Shown: positions 26,320 through 38,926 of the stretch, piece after piece
Layout of the letters: every line of letters begins with the position of its first letter
Position numbering within the stretch: position 1 is the stretch's first letter
Assembly: GCA_036172245.1 (NCBI GenBank)
Contig: JAYWIR010000021.1
Location: forward strand, 124,001 to 188,000
Source of the DNA: Raillietiella orientalis
Taxonomy: Eukaryota
Length of the DNA stretch: 64,000 bases
Reading direction: 5' to 3'
Translations under genes and position numbers: made by a program
Notes under the pieces: generated by a model
Databases searched by the model: none
Told to the model about the DNA's origin: nothing
Seen by the model: the letters and a program-made list of their open reading frames with translations, nothing else

Positions 26320-28600
26320 GATGGAATTCACATTACATGACGACTAGAAGGATGACATCACATGATCGTTTGGAATCATTTCGAGGCAAACGACATCCAA
26401 GATTAGGTAAGATCTCTTGCATCCTGCTTGCAGGTAGAGAAGACCTTAAAATTTCAGTGCATTCCTTTGTTGCGCCTTCTAGGACGGAAGACATTACAGG
26501 AAAATACCGAAATTGAGGAGATAACTAGGAAGGATGTGCATTTTGCAGCGGCACAAACCTCAAAAGCTCAAAGAAGGGACTGAAAATTATGATGTGCAGC
26601 AATATTTATAAATAATCTCCACTGGTTTGCATTTTTGCTCTCCACACTTTGCATTCTCGTGAGAAAACTTCTACTTGGGTTTCCGAGTTGACTGGAGTAA
26701 CAAACAAAATCGTAAATTCAGATCTGTGAAGTAACTGCCGAATGGTTCACAGCGCATTCAGTGTCAGTGTCCCCTACTATTCATCGCAGCAGCGAGTTTC
26801 ACCACGCCCACAGTAAGAGCAGAGTATCCCCCAGATGGAAGTAAATTTTCAACTTTCTGTTCTTCCTTTGCTGAGACCTGGAGAATGCCCAGATTATGGT
26901 TGGGGAATGGACCACGCGCGGTCAACTTGAAGTTAATCAGCTGCTAGAAAAATCAAACAGTCCCTTTTGAAGCCCCTGTTTTACTGATCATTCATCTCTT
27001 TCACGTTCCATCTTCCATTTGGTCAGCTTTGCTCCCCAATCGACACGGAGTAAGTCATTGCAGAGAGGACATGTGCTTTCGCAGCATCCATTATTTGCGG
27101 CATTATCCATGGCTCCATAGTCCTCGTGGAGCAAACAAATTTTCACTTTATATGGGGAGTACAATAAAAGACTCTCTGGAAGCTCTTGCTGAAGATCAGG
27201 GCCTCCATTCCACAAATGTTGTCGAGTGTGCTTCCTTCTCAAAGTTCTTAATGATTTTGCAATGATTTCGAGAACTGTTGGGACGAGTAGCTTCCCCTCT
27301 GCTCTACACTCTACGTTTGTTTTCTGAGAGCTGCGATCCGACCCCTGGTCAAAACAGAGATCTCCATTTGGCTATACGTTGGCTCTGCATTGTTCCAATG
27401 GAATGAGAAACACATGGGATGAAGCCAGGAATATGAAGTTTTGCTTTGCTCATTTTATAAATATAAGACTCAATGGAACACAGTGAGCCAACTGAAGAGC
27501 TGTGGTGTTCCTGTAGCATTTGGGGATATATTCGTCCCAATGAGGGCTCATCCCCTTTGGAAGAACGTGGAATCCCTTGAATCCTTGGATTTTCTAGCTC
27601 GTGCATCTTTTCTCCTGTTTTTCAAAAGGACTTCTGGCGCTCCTTGGGCAAACTCGTTCGCCCCCAGGTGTCAGAATGGCTCAGCTCATTAGTGATTGGT
27701 AGAAATCAAAGTCCTTTCGGTATCCTTGAATAAGCAGATCTAGTGAGAATGGTTACATCCTTTCTCTCAAATTTCGACCCATATTCCCCAATGCTGAGCA
27801 AAGAAATGAGCCGAGACTTCTCTTCTGACGGATTTGTCGATTCCCTAGGGTCCTCAGACGATCATTTATGACTTTCCTGCTAGAGAACATAATTGCAGCA
27901 AAGTTCCACTCGCACTTGCACCTGCATAACGTTTTCAGTAATCATGAAAGGATGGCAGGCGATTTCCAGCGCGAAACATCCGGACATCCCAGCTGGATGG
28001 CGAGAAATGTTTTCGCCGATATAAGCGAACACAAGGGCAGCTTCAGCATCCAGAAGAGGAGTTTCCGTGAGACCTGACAGAAAGATCCATTGAGACATTG
28101 GCTCCCACCACCATGGTGGAAAATTTTGGCTACGTCTTCCTACAGGGTAAGCGAGCAGCTGGTCCGAAAAGGATACGGAGGAAACTTTTCAAGAAGTCGC
28201 TTCGGGGTGGCAGCTTCCTGAGGAGCCGAAACACGTGCGATGGAAAGTCGAAATGGTGTACACGAAAATGTATGCATCAGTTTCTAATCCTGCAAGAGTG
28301 TTCTTCCCGATCATCCTCGATTGCTGTCGAATAATGATTTAATGAATTGGGAGATTCCTCAAAGTTTACTCCCACAAGAACGAGGCGGTTTCCAGTATAT
28401 CCGGTTTCACATCAGTGTGGCTTCTGTTCAGAATCTTTGGTTCACGATTAAGGGAGGGAAATTAGAAAGCAAGGACCCTGCTGTTACTCAAGTTATGCGT
28501 TCAGGACCATGCATGTGCCGTATCTGTTCCTCTTGAGAGGTATTGATGCATTCTTCGGCAGACTCACGTAAGTCGATCTCCACTTTCCATTATGCCTCGA
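26320..28600 (+). pseudogene. ILK: Integrin-linked kinase-like unprocessed pseudogene (ankyrin + pseudokinase relics)
   Basis: Collinear relics vs recalled ILK: LEG..MIVW...EAND then gtaag (26340-26406; cf. REGN...RVWLD.TE.D); TTRGQLEVNQLL (~26912); IHY..RGAN..YGE..SLEALAEDQG (27080-27200); KHMG...YKTQW (27410-27478); LLALLG..LVIG..SPFGIL (27632-27730); MTFLLENII...RMAGDFQ..HPSWMA...SFSI...VFLQG then gtaag (27868-28146; cf. MAFLHSLERII...FQ...PAWM..SFAI...IALEG); CMCRIC (~28510). Many stops and frameshifts. Confidence 0.6.
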
Positions 28601-31439
28601 AGTTAACTCCATCGCAATCATTCAGAAGAACCACTATGGAATGCCGCTGTCATACAGAACAGCATTCAGTCGCATGTCCGTGGCTCTTGGCTCGTGGTTT
28701 CCTTTTTCCATTGAGATCGCTTCGTTCCCGTTCTCGGGAATGCAGAGGAATGACTGTGGAATTACTGGATGTTGGCTGATCCCAGTTCTCGAGATGACCC
28801 GCTTGCTCGCCATGTGGCCTGCAGGCTTTGGTGCTATAGAATGTGTGCATGAATGTCGGCTAGTAGACTGGGTGTGTCCGAAGCTGCAGGGCAAGAACAG
28901 ATTTTGCTGCACGCAGACAGGTGCCGGCACCTTTCTGAGTCAAGAATCAGATGCTTGAGTTTCTTCCTAGAGGTTCCTGTTACTGAGAGTAGAGGAACTC
29001 AGGAAAGAGGGATGACTTCATTCTACGGACATTTGCTTCTCGCCCAAGGGATTTTCGAAGGCTGGAAGTGGCATATGGAGTTCCCCTAAACGAGGGTTGT
29101 AATCTCCTGATTGAAAATGGGATTTCATGGATGCTTTTTATTAAAATTCTTACTAATTAGATCTCTGACCTTAGTTTTTCTTTCATTACAGGGTCCATGA
29201 GCGCCTAATTTTTCTTTCATGCTTTTCGAAATGAATCGGGGCATTCCTGTTTATCCATTCCTTGATCTCAGGCCAGAATGTGAACGGGAATCCCATCAGT
29301 GAGGCGGGAGTTAACAGGAACCTTTCATTGATTTGTAGCTGCCAGGGAGGCAGCATCCCTGTGAACGCTGGCGACTCGGGACTCGTGCTATAGCGGTGTT
29401 CTGAACCCTTTGTTTTCCAAAGACTTCATGGAAACAATTGAATCACTCCAATTTACTGAAGAAAGGGAACACTCGGTACACCGAAATGCTCCCCAGGAGA
29501 TTATTATGATATTGGCGGATATGTTGCTTGATGCCATGTGTAGGGGCAAAGTTCACGTAAACATGGCCGTAATCACATTCGTCTTGAGAATGCATGAAAG
29601 TGAGTACGAATCGCTTCACTTGGAATGAGATCCCCCATTTTCTTCATTCTTCCCCCCCCCCCCTCCTTCATCACATTTCGGGTCACTGCTGATTTCTGCT
29701 TACCACATGAACTAAAAGTCGTACCCTCTTTCGTTCATTGAAACATACGTTAGCTCGGCTCGAATGAGGGAAGTTCGTGGGGGTACTTGGGGAAAGAGGA
29801 TCGCCCCTCTCTCGGAAAAAGGGGATGAATTCCAACAGTCTGTCTGCAAATTCTCATCATGGCTGTAGATCGATCGAGAGACAACCTTTTCGTCAGAATA
29901 TCTCTGTGCTACTGGAGCTGCTTCGTAAAATTTTCCAGTTTCTCGGCCAAACTTCCGAATTCGAATCTGCAGAAAGCACGTCCACGGTCCACGTGCAAGA
30001 TGAAATCGTGAGAGAGAGCGGAGCTTGATTTCATCGAGTGAATCAGCCGAATTCTGCAAGTATTATGTGCAAGATCTGTCAATAGACACCAATGTGTTTT
30101 CGTGATGTTTCGATCCGAAGATCTGTCTCAGATGTTTCTGCGTTCCCTGGTCCTCGGTCGAGCCTCTTTTCGGTACAACAGATGATAATCAAGGGGATGG
30201 GACGGAGCACTCAGCACTACAGGGGAGAAGCATGCAGCTTCCAGGAGGAGTCGACAGACTTTAACCTCCTTCATGTGCTCGACTCGTGAACTTACAGATG
30301 ACGCACGCAGAGAACTGGGTGCGATCGCCCGGGGTCATTATCTCGAGCTAGAAAATGCTCTCACAGGAAGCTGCCGAATGAACTTCCGGGATGGCCACCT
30401 CTGTTTGCGAGCAGTGCGAGCGAGCAGCTCCTCCGATCAGCCCGAGTTCGCAATCCTTATGCTCTTGAAGGATGCAGCCGTGTTTTAGCAGCTCGCAATG
30501 TGTTTGCTAAGCACTTCAAAAAGGAGGCTGAACACTTCGGCAGGCTGAACAACTCTCTGCTCTTCTTTGCACCTAATATTTCTTTGAAAAGAAACACTTC
30601 ATGAGTGTTCAAGCTCGAGACATTTGCAAATGCAACTGCACATTCGGTAATGGAAAGTTTGCGAGTGTTGCAGAAAGCACAAACTCGCATTGTTCGCCCA
30701 TCATCTTTCATTTTCTTGGCTCATCTCATTGAGCCCTTGACGAATGCGTGAGGAAAATGGTTTGCAAGCTACCCCTTCCCCTTGCCCTGGTCCTTCCCTC
30801 CTTGAGCAGAAAATCACCTGAATGATCACCTCACCCGACTCTGCTGCCCCATCCGATTTTTAGCTCCAGAAAAGTAGAAATGACTTCCGTGAATACGGTC
30901 CGAGGGACTTGCAGCACAGGGTGCAATTCACGCCCGCGAGAAGAGCAACTTCGGTGGGCCCGACTGCCCGCGGTGGTGTCTGGAATGCATAACTTGACAA
31001 GGATGACACTGTGACTCCATGGCTTTATTCAGGAGAGAATTCCCTTTGCTTTCCCTTACGGCGCCCGCATGGTTTGTGAGGAATCGTTCACCTCCTTGCC
31101 TCCAGGCGTTGTTGCTCTTGGAGACCATCGTCGGGGCTCGTCGTTCCAAACTCCAAGAAAACGGACTTGCTGCTAGGAAAACAAAGTGCGACACTCACCC
31201 CGAGGTATTTTGCAGAAAGCATTCAAAAGAGGCTCGTCTCAATACAGAGAAACCTTCGAAACTCTTCCAAAGACCACATCTGCCACACCGAGATAGGTAA
31301 GATTGTCAGGCAGAATAGCACTTTTTCCTAGAAGTCTTGAGGCAGCTGAGTTCCGAGTGTCGGACAGAGCATCTTGATTCTGTGTCTTTCTTTTTTTTAA
31401 TGGCATGGATGCAACTGAAAGAGAGAAAACGTCAATGAG

Positions 31440-32225
31440 GAGTGTCTTCGAGGTGGACATGCATCCTACTGCGTCGCCTGCTGCTCTTATTGCTCCGACC
31501 AAAAAGAGGAGCAGCAAGAAGATTACCAGCCGATCGCCTATGCCGAAGATGCAACTGTCGGGATGAAACGTTACCACACACATTAAATCATTGCGTGATG
31601 CATTTGCCGATGTACATCTCGCGACATAATGCAATCGTGCTGAGACGGCAATCAGTTGCCACAAAGGTAGGAGGATGCAAGCTCGTATCAGCGGACCAAA
31701 GGATGCCTGGAGTGGACTCCCTGTTAAAGCCGGATTTCATTTTTGAGAAGTACGGAAAGTGGATCGTAGTGGACGTTTCTTGCCCATTCGAAGGCAAGGA
31801 GAACGCGTTCACTGCAGCACGACAAAAGAAAGAGGAAAAATAGGAAAATCTGATCCACGTGATAAACCAGACCGGCAAAACAGCCATCATGCAGGTCTTC
31901 ATCGTGGGAGCTTTAGGATCTTGGGATCGCAAGAATGATGATTTGCTGAGACGACTAGGAATAAAAGAAAACAGCGCCAGAAAGTTGAGAAAATTGGTCA
32001 TACCGTGCTCCATGAGGGCAAGCAGGGACATCCACAGGGGACGCACAGACTGGGGCATCCACCCGACGATGCAAGAGACCCCATCCAATACATAATGAAA
32101 GAAGACAACCCAAGAACCAGTCCATTGCCAACTGAACAGCAGATCATCATCAATAGGAAAAGCAGGAAGAGCCAGCGAGAATGATTCTGCAGGTGTAACA
32201 GTGATGAATTCAATAAACAAAAGTC
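31440..32225 (+). mobile_element. 5'-truncated RLE-type non-LTR retrotransposon (NeSL/Utopia/R2 group): CCHC knuckle + restriction-like endonuclease
   Basis: CRRC..DETLPHTLNHC...SRHNAIV...LKPDFIF...VVDVSCPFE...AFTAARQKKEEK*...FIVGALGSWDRKN...SRDIH. ORFs 31442-31843 and 31859-32095 are in one frame, separated by a single TAG where KY is expected. AATAAA at 32212. Confidence 0.9.
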
Positions 32226-32369
32226 TCATGAGTACAACCAGACATTATTGAATTATCGTATAGAGACGTCTGTACATTTGCTCCGCCTCGGTGCATTTTT
32301 TTCACTTTGGGACTTTGTTTATGAATTTCCCATCACTCAGAAGGGAAGATGAACTGGAGATTAATTGGC

Positions 32370-32760
32370 GACCTTGATGTGACTGGCTTGGTAGGAAAAG
32401 TTACCGAATTTTCATCTCCAGTGAAACCTCATGTAATGTTATCCCCTCTGTCGCGTGGGTCCCTCCCACAAATGCTGTTCATGTCCGTTCCAACTAAGAA
32501 ACCTTTGCATCTTTGCGTCAGCTTCCATCCTGGAAGCTGATGCTAAATTTTTCTTCCGAAATGATTTCCAATGGAACGAAAGGCACTTGGTTTTCAAAGC
32601 AAGAGAGCACCATCGAAAACTTCCAGCTTCCGAGCATGAGTTTAGTAGGTTGACGGCAGAGCTCATAGCATGTTCTTCCTAAACTCAGAAGCGCATTCGA
32701 TTTTTCATCAGATCTAAGCTTCCCATCTGAGCAGCATCTTTTCTAATGCAGTACTTTCGA
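32370..32760 (-). mobile_element. Tigger/pogo-like transposase relic
   Basis: Minus strand ALEKMLLRW (cf. CENP-B HTH ELE..L..W) and later FTGDENSV (cf. FN.DETGL); heavily decayed. Confidence 0.4.
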
Positions 32761-33353
32761 ACGGTTAGCAGCACAGGAAGTAGCAGAAAGACTGTACTTG
32801 GTTCTTGCACTTGGCTTATTTTCTCTTGGAAAGCCTTTGCTTTTCAAGAGAAAAGCAAATTGGGCTCGCGGGTGGAGAGCCCCAGTGGGCACGGCAACGG
32901 CAAGCGCATGCGGTGAGGAGCAGACTGGCCGCCATCTTGCAAAGCCACAACTGGTTTCGGAACTCGAGAGCTGGAAGTAGGCGGCTCAGGTGACCTTACT
33001 GCTCGAAATGACACCGATTTCGAGGAAACTGTCAGCTGGAGGAGCCTACGGCCGTGCTAACTGTGGGCACTGCCACGGAGGAAAAGGATGGACGAAGGAG
33101 ATGAAATTGAAAAGGAGTGTTTCCTGCAAGGGAAAGGGAAATCTCGTCTGGTCGCTATTTCGTCCGAAGCAAACAGCTTCCTCCAGTTTTTCCAGCACCC
33201 ACAAAATGGTGTTTCGGTGAAAAGAAGCCCTGGAGCATCCTGGAAGCCCTGCAGTAGTATTGAAGAAGCACTGAGAAAAAATCGCAAAGTGTGTGTTGGT
33301 ATTCTTGCGTGCTTCCTTCGAAGGAATCGACGTCAGTTAACCCTTCCTTCCAG

Positions 33354-33650
33354 GTCCCAGCTGCTGAGACCAAGATGCGCTCGCTGGAAGACCTTCTCAG
33401 CAAAAAAGGGTGTAGTAGTGACTCTTGCCTCAAGAAAACCGCATGTGTCGATGCTTTCAGCAACTTCCTGTGCCACTGCGCGGGAGGACGAGGGATGGCG
33501 AAAAGAGGCAGCTCCAACCTCCCGCTCGAGGTCCCCGAACAGGGATTCCTGTGCGAACCAGGCGTGGACTCAGCTTGGAAACGACCGCAAGCCTCGTCGG
33601 AACGGTGCATCAGTGCACCCGGAGGTTTCGAGTGACTGCAGATCCCGCGG
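33354..33650 (+). pseudogene. CUBN: Cubilin relic: end of N-terminal region + first EGF domains
   Basis: ttccag|VPAAETKMRSLEDLLSKKGCSSDSCLKKTACVDAFSNFLCHC (cf. cubilin ...KKVCSSNPCQNGGTC....SFFCIC), then ERCISAPGGFE*..C and donor gtacat. Confidence 0.75.
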
Positions 33651-34230
33651 GTACATAAAGTCCTGCTTCCCAGGGAGAAAGAGCGCCATGGAACGTATTT
33701 TCCAATCATTCAGATAAATCAGCGACCTTTGGGAGGTTGCTAAGGCGGAAATGCGTTGGTTGCGGGTGCACATGTGGGAAAGGGTCTCGTGACTTGCATT
33801 GCAGCCCGATGTACTTCTTTCATGAACTCTTTGGCGTGGGATCTGTTTGAACCAGCGCAGGCTAGGACCACATTGCCCTTCTACTGGCTCATGAGATTCC
33901 GTGAATAGAAAATTAGTGGGCGTGTTCTCAGCAAGCCCCCCCTCTACAAAACTGGAATCATGCTCTCACTTTCTAGCTTTAAGGTGCTACCGGTTGTCGC
34001 GATCTCGAAATTCCCGCTCAAAGCTCCGGAATGTGTTCGCTCCAGCGCCCTGGTCTCGTGAGTTCAACTCACCTCGGGTGGCATGCAAACGGCGAGTGCG
34101 TTCAAGGACGGCTTGCGGGGTTGCTTTCTTCGGAAAACGCGAGGATTTCCCTGTGGCAAAACATCACACTACCTCTTGTGCCGTGGAACAAAGTGCACTT
34201 TGCTGAAGTCCGATAGGTTGGTGTATTCAG

Positions 34231-34530
34231 GCTGGCGTTCTCGCAGGGATGGAAGGAGTCGTTGGCAACCCTGCTTGAGGTCGACGGAAGCAGCGATGCG
34301 ACCTCCTGCTCGCGTAGTCCCCTGGTGTTTCCTGCGCCAATGTTCACTCACCTGTGGGTCCTGCCCTCAAGGTGAGGAAGACGTGTAACAATTTTACCCG
34401 AGAACGAGGGTGGGACTTTCCGAACACCTTGGGAACGTGTTCGTGTGTGCCGGTCTCAGCGAATGCGAAGTTGACAGCGATGGCTGCAGCACCAATCCTC
34501 CCGTTACGTGGGTGCATACACCTGCAAGGA
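34231..34530 (+). pseudogene. CUBN: Cubilin relic: EGF exons
   Basis: ...SCSRSPLV...LTCGSCPQG then donor gtgagg (exon ends 34371); GNVFVCAGLSECEVDSDGCSTNPPVTWVHTP (cf. GNGY.C.DINECEINNGGCS..PPVECVNTPG). Confidence 0.8.
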
Positions 34531-34779
34531 AACTTCTTGACCTGACATTCACCTTTCCGAGCGGAGCCAAAATTGCTGCACCAAGCAGCCCGGTAATTCG
34601 GCGAATGTTGCCTCTTCAAGAGAAAGGCCAAAAAAAGAAAGAAAACTTGTCTTTATTCAAATACCACTATGAAGCATTCTATTTTCTTCGAAGGTCATCG
34701 CATTCCCTGTCAGCTTTTCTTTCGAAATTCATCACAATAGGCGAAGTCAGGATTCGTTGGGTGGCCCAGTGAGGAACCA

Positions 34780-35150
34780 GCAGTTGTATACCATCAAAAG
34801 TCTACTGAGATTTAGAGTCAGATCTATTTTTCGAGATTCCTCAAATCTCACGATCATCTCTCGCAGAGAGATGCTTTGTATTTTCTGTTCACCTGGATGG
34901 CTCACCACTGGTGATCTTTTTTTTTTTTTTTTCGAACTATATTTTCCATTTTTTGGGGGGGAAGTGCTTCTTGAAGCACTGAAGGCATCGAAACAGATGA
35001 ACTTGAGAATTCTCGGGAGACTGGAATGGCATTGGAATTGGCAGAGGCAGGAAAAGTAAGTAGATATAGGGATAAAAAAGCATCCTTCTAGCATCTAAGG
35101 CGTCCAGAACTTTTATATAACGAGCTCCAGATGGGATGAACACTCCTCAT
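34780..35150 (-). mobile_element. Ty3/Gypsy RT relic in a cubilin intron (gag-like relics possibly up to ~36500)
   Basis: IPSGARYIKVLDA (cf. IP..AKYF..LDA), followed by MIVRFEESRKIDLTLN (cf. L.R.R...I.LN..K). Confidence 0.55.
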
Positions 35151-37399
35151 TTAAAGCACTCAATCAAAAACTAAAATTTGGATATAAGCAGTGATGAAAG
35201 AATATTCGTGGGGTGCGTTTGCTCTGTTCTTTCTGATACCTTTCCCAAAAGATGAGAATCCCAGTTTCATTTTATCTTTATCAGGTATTGTATTGGAATG
35301 CTGATGGATTGGTTCATTGCCTTTGGCTAGAATGTCGCCTCAGCTTGGGATGCTAACAGTTTTTAGAGTTTTTCTGATTAAATTTGAACTGAAGGTCGAT
35401 GTGTCCGAAAGCACGCTTACTGAGGATCCATATTGGATCATCAGATTGAAAACGCCTTTTCGATGATTTCAGATCTCAGTAAGCAATGTTCAGTTCGGCA
35501 TTCAATTGATGATAGAAGCTTTTACTTTCGCTTTTTATCTCAAAATCTCTTCTCATAGAGTTAAGAGACAAACCTGCAAATGAATCTTGAAAGGAGTTGA
35601 GAAATTCTGTTCTGCAAACCGAGATGAATGAAGAAACAGATGGTGCTGTTTGATTGAATGACTGTTATTGGTAAGAAGTTTCTTGCTCGTTTTCTGTTGG
35701 GTATGCTGCCTTTGATCCATCTAAACAAAAAGACGTCGAAGACAAAGGCAAAAACGTCTCGAAGCCAATGCAGCAACAGCACTAGAGGTCAAGGTTTTCT
35801 AAGTCATTGGGGAAGTCATCTTCTGCGTGCCCTGAAGTCTCGACACTGACATACCACAGAGGATGTTCTACCGTCTCGCCTTCTATGAGTGCTAACTTTG
35901 TTCTTGGCATCTTGGAGGAACATTTCTGCTTTCAATAAAAGTTTTGAAGAAGCTCTTTTTGTGAGGGGGCCTTCTGACAGGAGGGAATCGCACTTGCACT
36001 TGATTAGAAGCAAACTTCCCTCAGTCTTCCTACAGTCTTCTCGGAAACGTTCGGTGTGGCAGCTGAAATATCTCGACCTCGTTTACAGCGCTCTCCATTC
36101 CGATTTAAGCTGTTCTCTGCTTCACAAAAAGTTCACAGGCAGCAAGTTTCTTCTACTGCCCGCTGGCGATTGTGCGCGTTACGATCCTTTTACAAACCCG
36201 AAGGTTCTTTGTCGATCTGCTACTCCGAATAGGAAGAACCTGGGATTGTACCCGCTTAATTCGCGGGCTGCTCGTTCGGACACTCAAGGGGGAATCATCG
36301 GAAACTGCTAGCGGTTTCTATGGACACTCCAAGCTTGGGTGGGGATAGTTTCCAGGATCAGCTTTATGGGTTTTTCAAAGGGAGAAGCAGGTTGAGGTTT
36401 GTCACTTCCTTCATGAAGTGTACGATAAGATTAGACAAGAGAGTGATTTCTGGATCACTGCATCCACGGTCTCTGTCCAAAGCACTGCAATCGCCATATC
36501 ACGGTTCGAGAAACGTTGTTTACATTCTCGATGGTGGAACAACTCATGTTCTAAAAGCTGAACAGTCGAAAAGCCCAGCTTGAGAATCCTCGCAGACTGG
36601 AGCGGTGTTGTTCCTGGGATGTTTTTGATAGATGGAACAGGAACATGGATCTCTGCTGTTCGATTTCGAGGCAGTCAGCTCGCACATTTTGGCGTGCACG
36701 TGGGAGCCGTTCAATCCGCCCGTTCCAGGAAATTTGCTCTTTTCATTTTCCTTGCGAGCTGCTGAACTCTGCTTCTTCAAGAACCAGCTTTCCATGTAAG
36801 CTCAACTCCGAATCGAGTGCCAAGAACGATCGGCAGCCAAGTATTCTCCTAGGTAGTGCCACTTCTCATGGTGACCTTTCTCGAAAATCTGAGGCGATGG
36901 AGGCTCCTCGCTAACTTTCATCCTTGACGAAAATTCTTCAATGTCTCTGTTCAATGTTTCTTCAATGTTGTCATTTCTTCATGAAGTCTCACTTCCCAGC
37001 TTGGTCATTTTGCTTGGTAATATTTTTCCTTCCGTTCGGAAGCTTCACCGGTGGCTGAAGTGTAGTCTGAGAGAAAAGCTGCTTTCCTGCACCTTCACCA
37101 CGGTTTTACTGCAGTAGAAGGGTCACGAACGTCGCTCATGATCATGGGATGGTACACAGTCGCTGGATGGCGTTTTTCGGTTAGTGTCAGTGTACAGTCC
37201 TGGTCATCGATAGCTGCACCGGAGAGCTATCCGCAGTTATCAGGGTGAGCATCTACCAAGGACGGTGATCAAGTAAACCAAAAGCACCACCAGCACTCTC
37301 GCCACTAGTATTGGCCCGCTAGCGTACGCCCGAAAGAGATGGGCAAGTGACCGAGGTGCGAGTACGCAACTCTCCCGGACCAGTGGCGAGATGTCTTGC

Positions 37400-38240
37400 A
37401 CCCGGTCACGCCGGAATGTTTATTTAAAAATGAATAAATTTCAAGTCAGTTACAAAAGCGAAGAAGTTCACAGGGGATGACCTAACACGGCTCGCAGACC
37501 GGCTTCTAGGGGAGTCAGGAGCAGGAGGGAGGACCACAATAAATAAAATAAAAAAAGACATGGTAATAGGGACTTTGGTTGTAGCTGCTCTTCTCTTTCT
37601 ACAGCTGGCACTGAATGTGCCAGCTGGCGGTTCCCCTGGCGACTTCTTCTTCTGCAACTCCTTCTTGCCCTGATGAGGAAGGCCGTCCTCATCGGTGGCC
37701 TCCGTTCGCTGCGATCCAGACGCCAACACATGGCCGCACTGCCACTGTGACTCGAAGCACAACAGATGGCTGCGATCACGGCGTCTGACGTCAGCACGCC
37801 TCTCGCGAAGAAGCGAGCGCCGCAGCAAGTCCGAACCGGGGGGTCATCCGGGTCACGGAGCGCCGAAGCCTCCACATGTCCTCCAGGGCTGTGCAGTCCA
37901 ACAGGAGGTGCGGGAACGATTCCGTCGCCCCGCGCCTGAAACAGTTCGGGGAGGCGACTCCCCCGGAAGGCAGGTGCCTGCTCCGGTTGCCACTGGCGAT
38001 TCCCAGTGCAGAAACGGCAGGACATCCCGCGGTTTCCATCGCAGTGGGAAAGCGGAGGTGTCCGCACGCAGGGAAGGGACCGCGAGTTCTTCGGAGAGCA
38101 CAGCGAGCGGATCACTCCACCGGAGGTGTCGCCCCTTCGCCCGGAGGGGCGACGGGTGGCCGCGTTCACCAACTCGCTCGTCGTGCAGGCGTCCAGGAGC
38201 TCCTCGACCCCTGTAATGTTGCCGGAACAACTCCCGCCCC
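37400..38240 (-). mobile_element. L1/Tx1-like LINE 3' fragment, copy A
   Basis: LHW...CFRRGATESFPHLLLDC (CCHC knuckle), T-rich 3' UTR, terminal AATAAAC-attCCGGcgtgaCCGGG. Core is near-identical to 57680-58521. Confidence 0.75.
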
Positions 38241-38624
38241 CACCTGCCGATTCCTTCGTTTTGCTGAGAGAAACTGGCGGGCTCTCCGCTGCAAAAATGA
38301 ATGATCCGAAAGCAAGGAAGGCGATCCCCAGCCTCCTCCCATTCAGAATGGGGCGGAATTTTCTTCGGAATTCATTTTCCGCTTTTCATGAGGCAAGAGC
38401 GAGACTCTCACTGCGGAATCGAGGCGTCACGACAGTGGACCACGACGGAGTCTCCGACCTTCGTTTTCACTGTTCGGAATGGAAAGATCAAATGGCTTTC
38501 AGTTCGATTGGGCACAAGTGATCACTGCTGCATTTTTTTGCTTTGAGAGTCAGTAAGGTGGGTGGGTGAGGTCCCGGGTTCGACCCGCATCGAACTGGCC
38601 GCCATTATGGGAGTAGGCATTCCC

Positions 38625-38926
38625 GAGAATGGTCACAAGCCAGAATGCTGCTCTCGTCTGACTTCACTCCGACCAGAGTGCTCCGCATTTCGACCTCATT
38701 GCTCGCTGGACTTCTGGAAACCCGGATAAAAGAGTGACCTTCATCTCTCCGAGGAAATTCTGCGGAGGAGAACGCACAGAAGAACAAGGATTCTTCGCTC
38801 CTCCAGGATATCCAGGGAACTGATCCGGTAACAGAGATTGCCAGTGGAGATTTGAAATGCTTCCAGTTCCAGTTCGCCACACTGAAGCTGGAAGTATACA
38901 AACACTGCAGGTTTGACTGCCTCGAG
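38625..38926 (+). pseudogene. CUBN: Cubilin relic: CUB C-terminal half + next CUB N-terminal half
   Basis: MVTSQNAALV*LHSDQS....ARWTSGNP, then FCGGERTEEQGFFAPPGYPGN*SGNRDCQW...FQFATLKLEVYKHCRFDCLE with gt donor (cf. CGG.[23 protein letters not shown]...FTFGTLSLE...C..DYLE). Confidence 0.85.

Noticed and set aside
30340..30420. Cubilin N-terminal exon (RMNFRDGHL)
   Set aside because: Position fits but the similarity is too short; left outside the pseudogene span.
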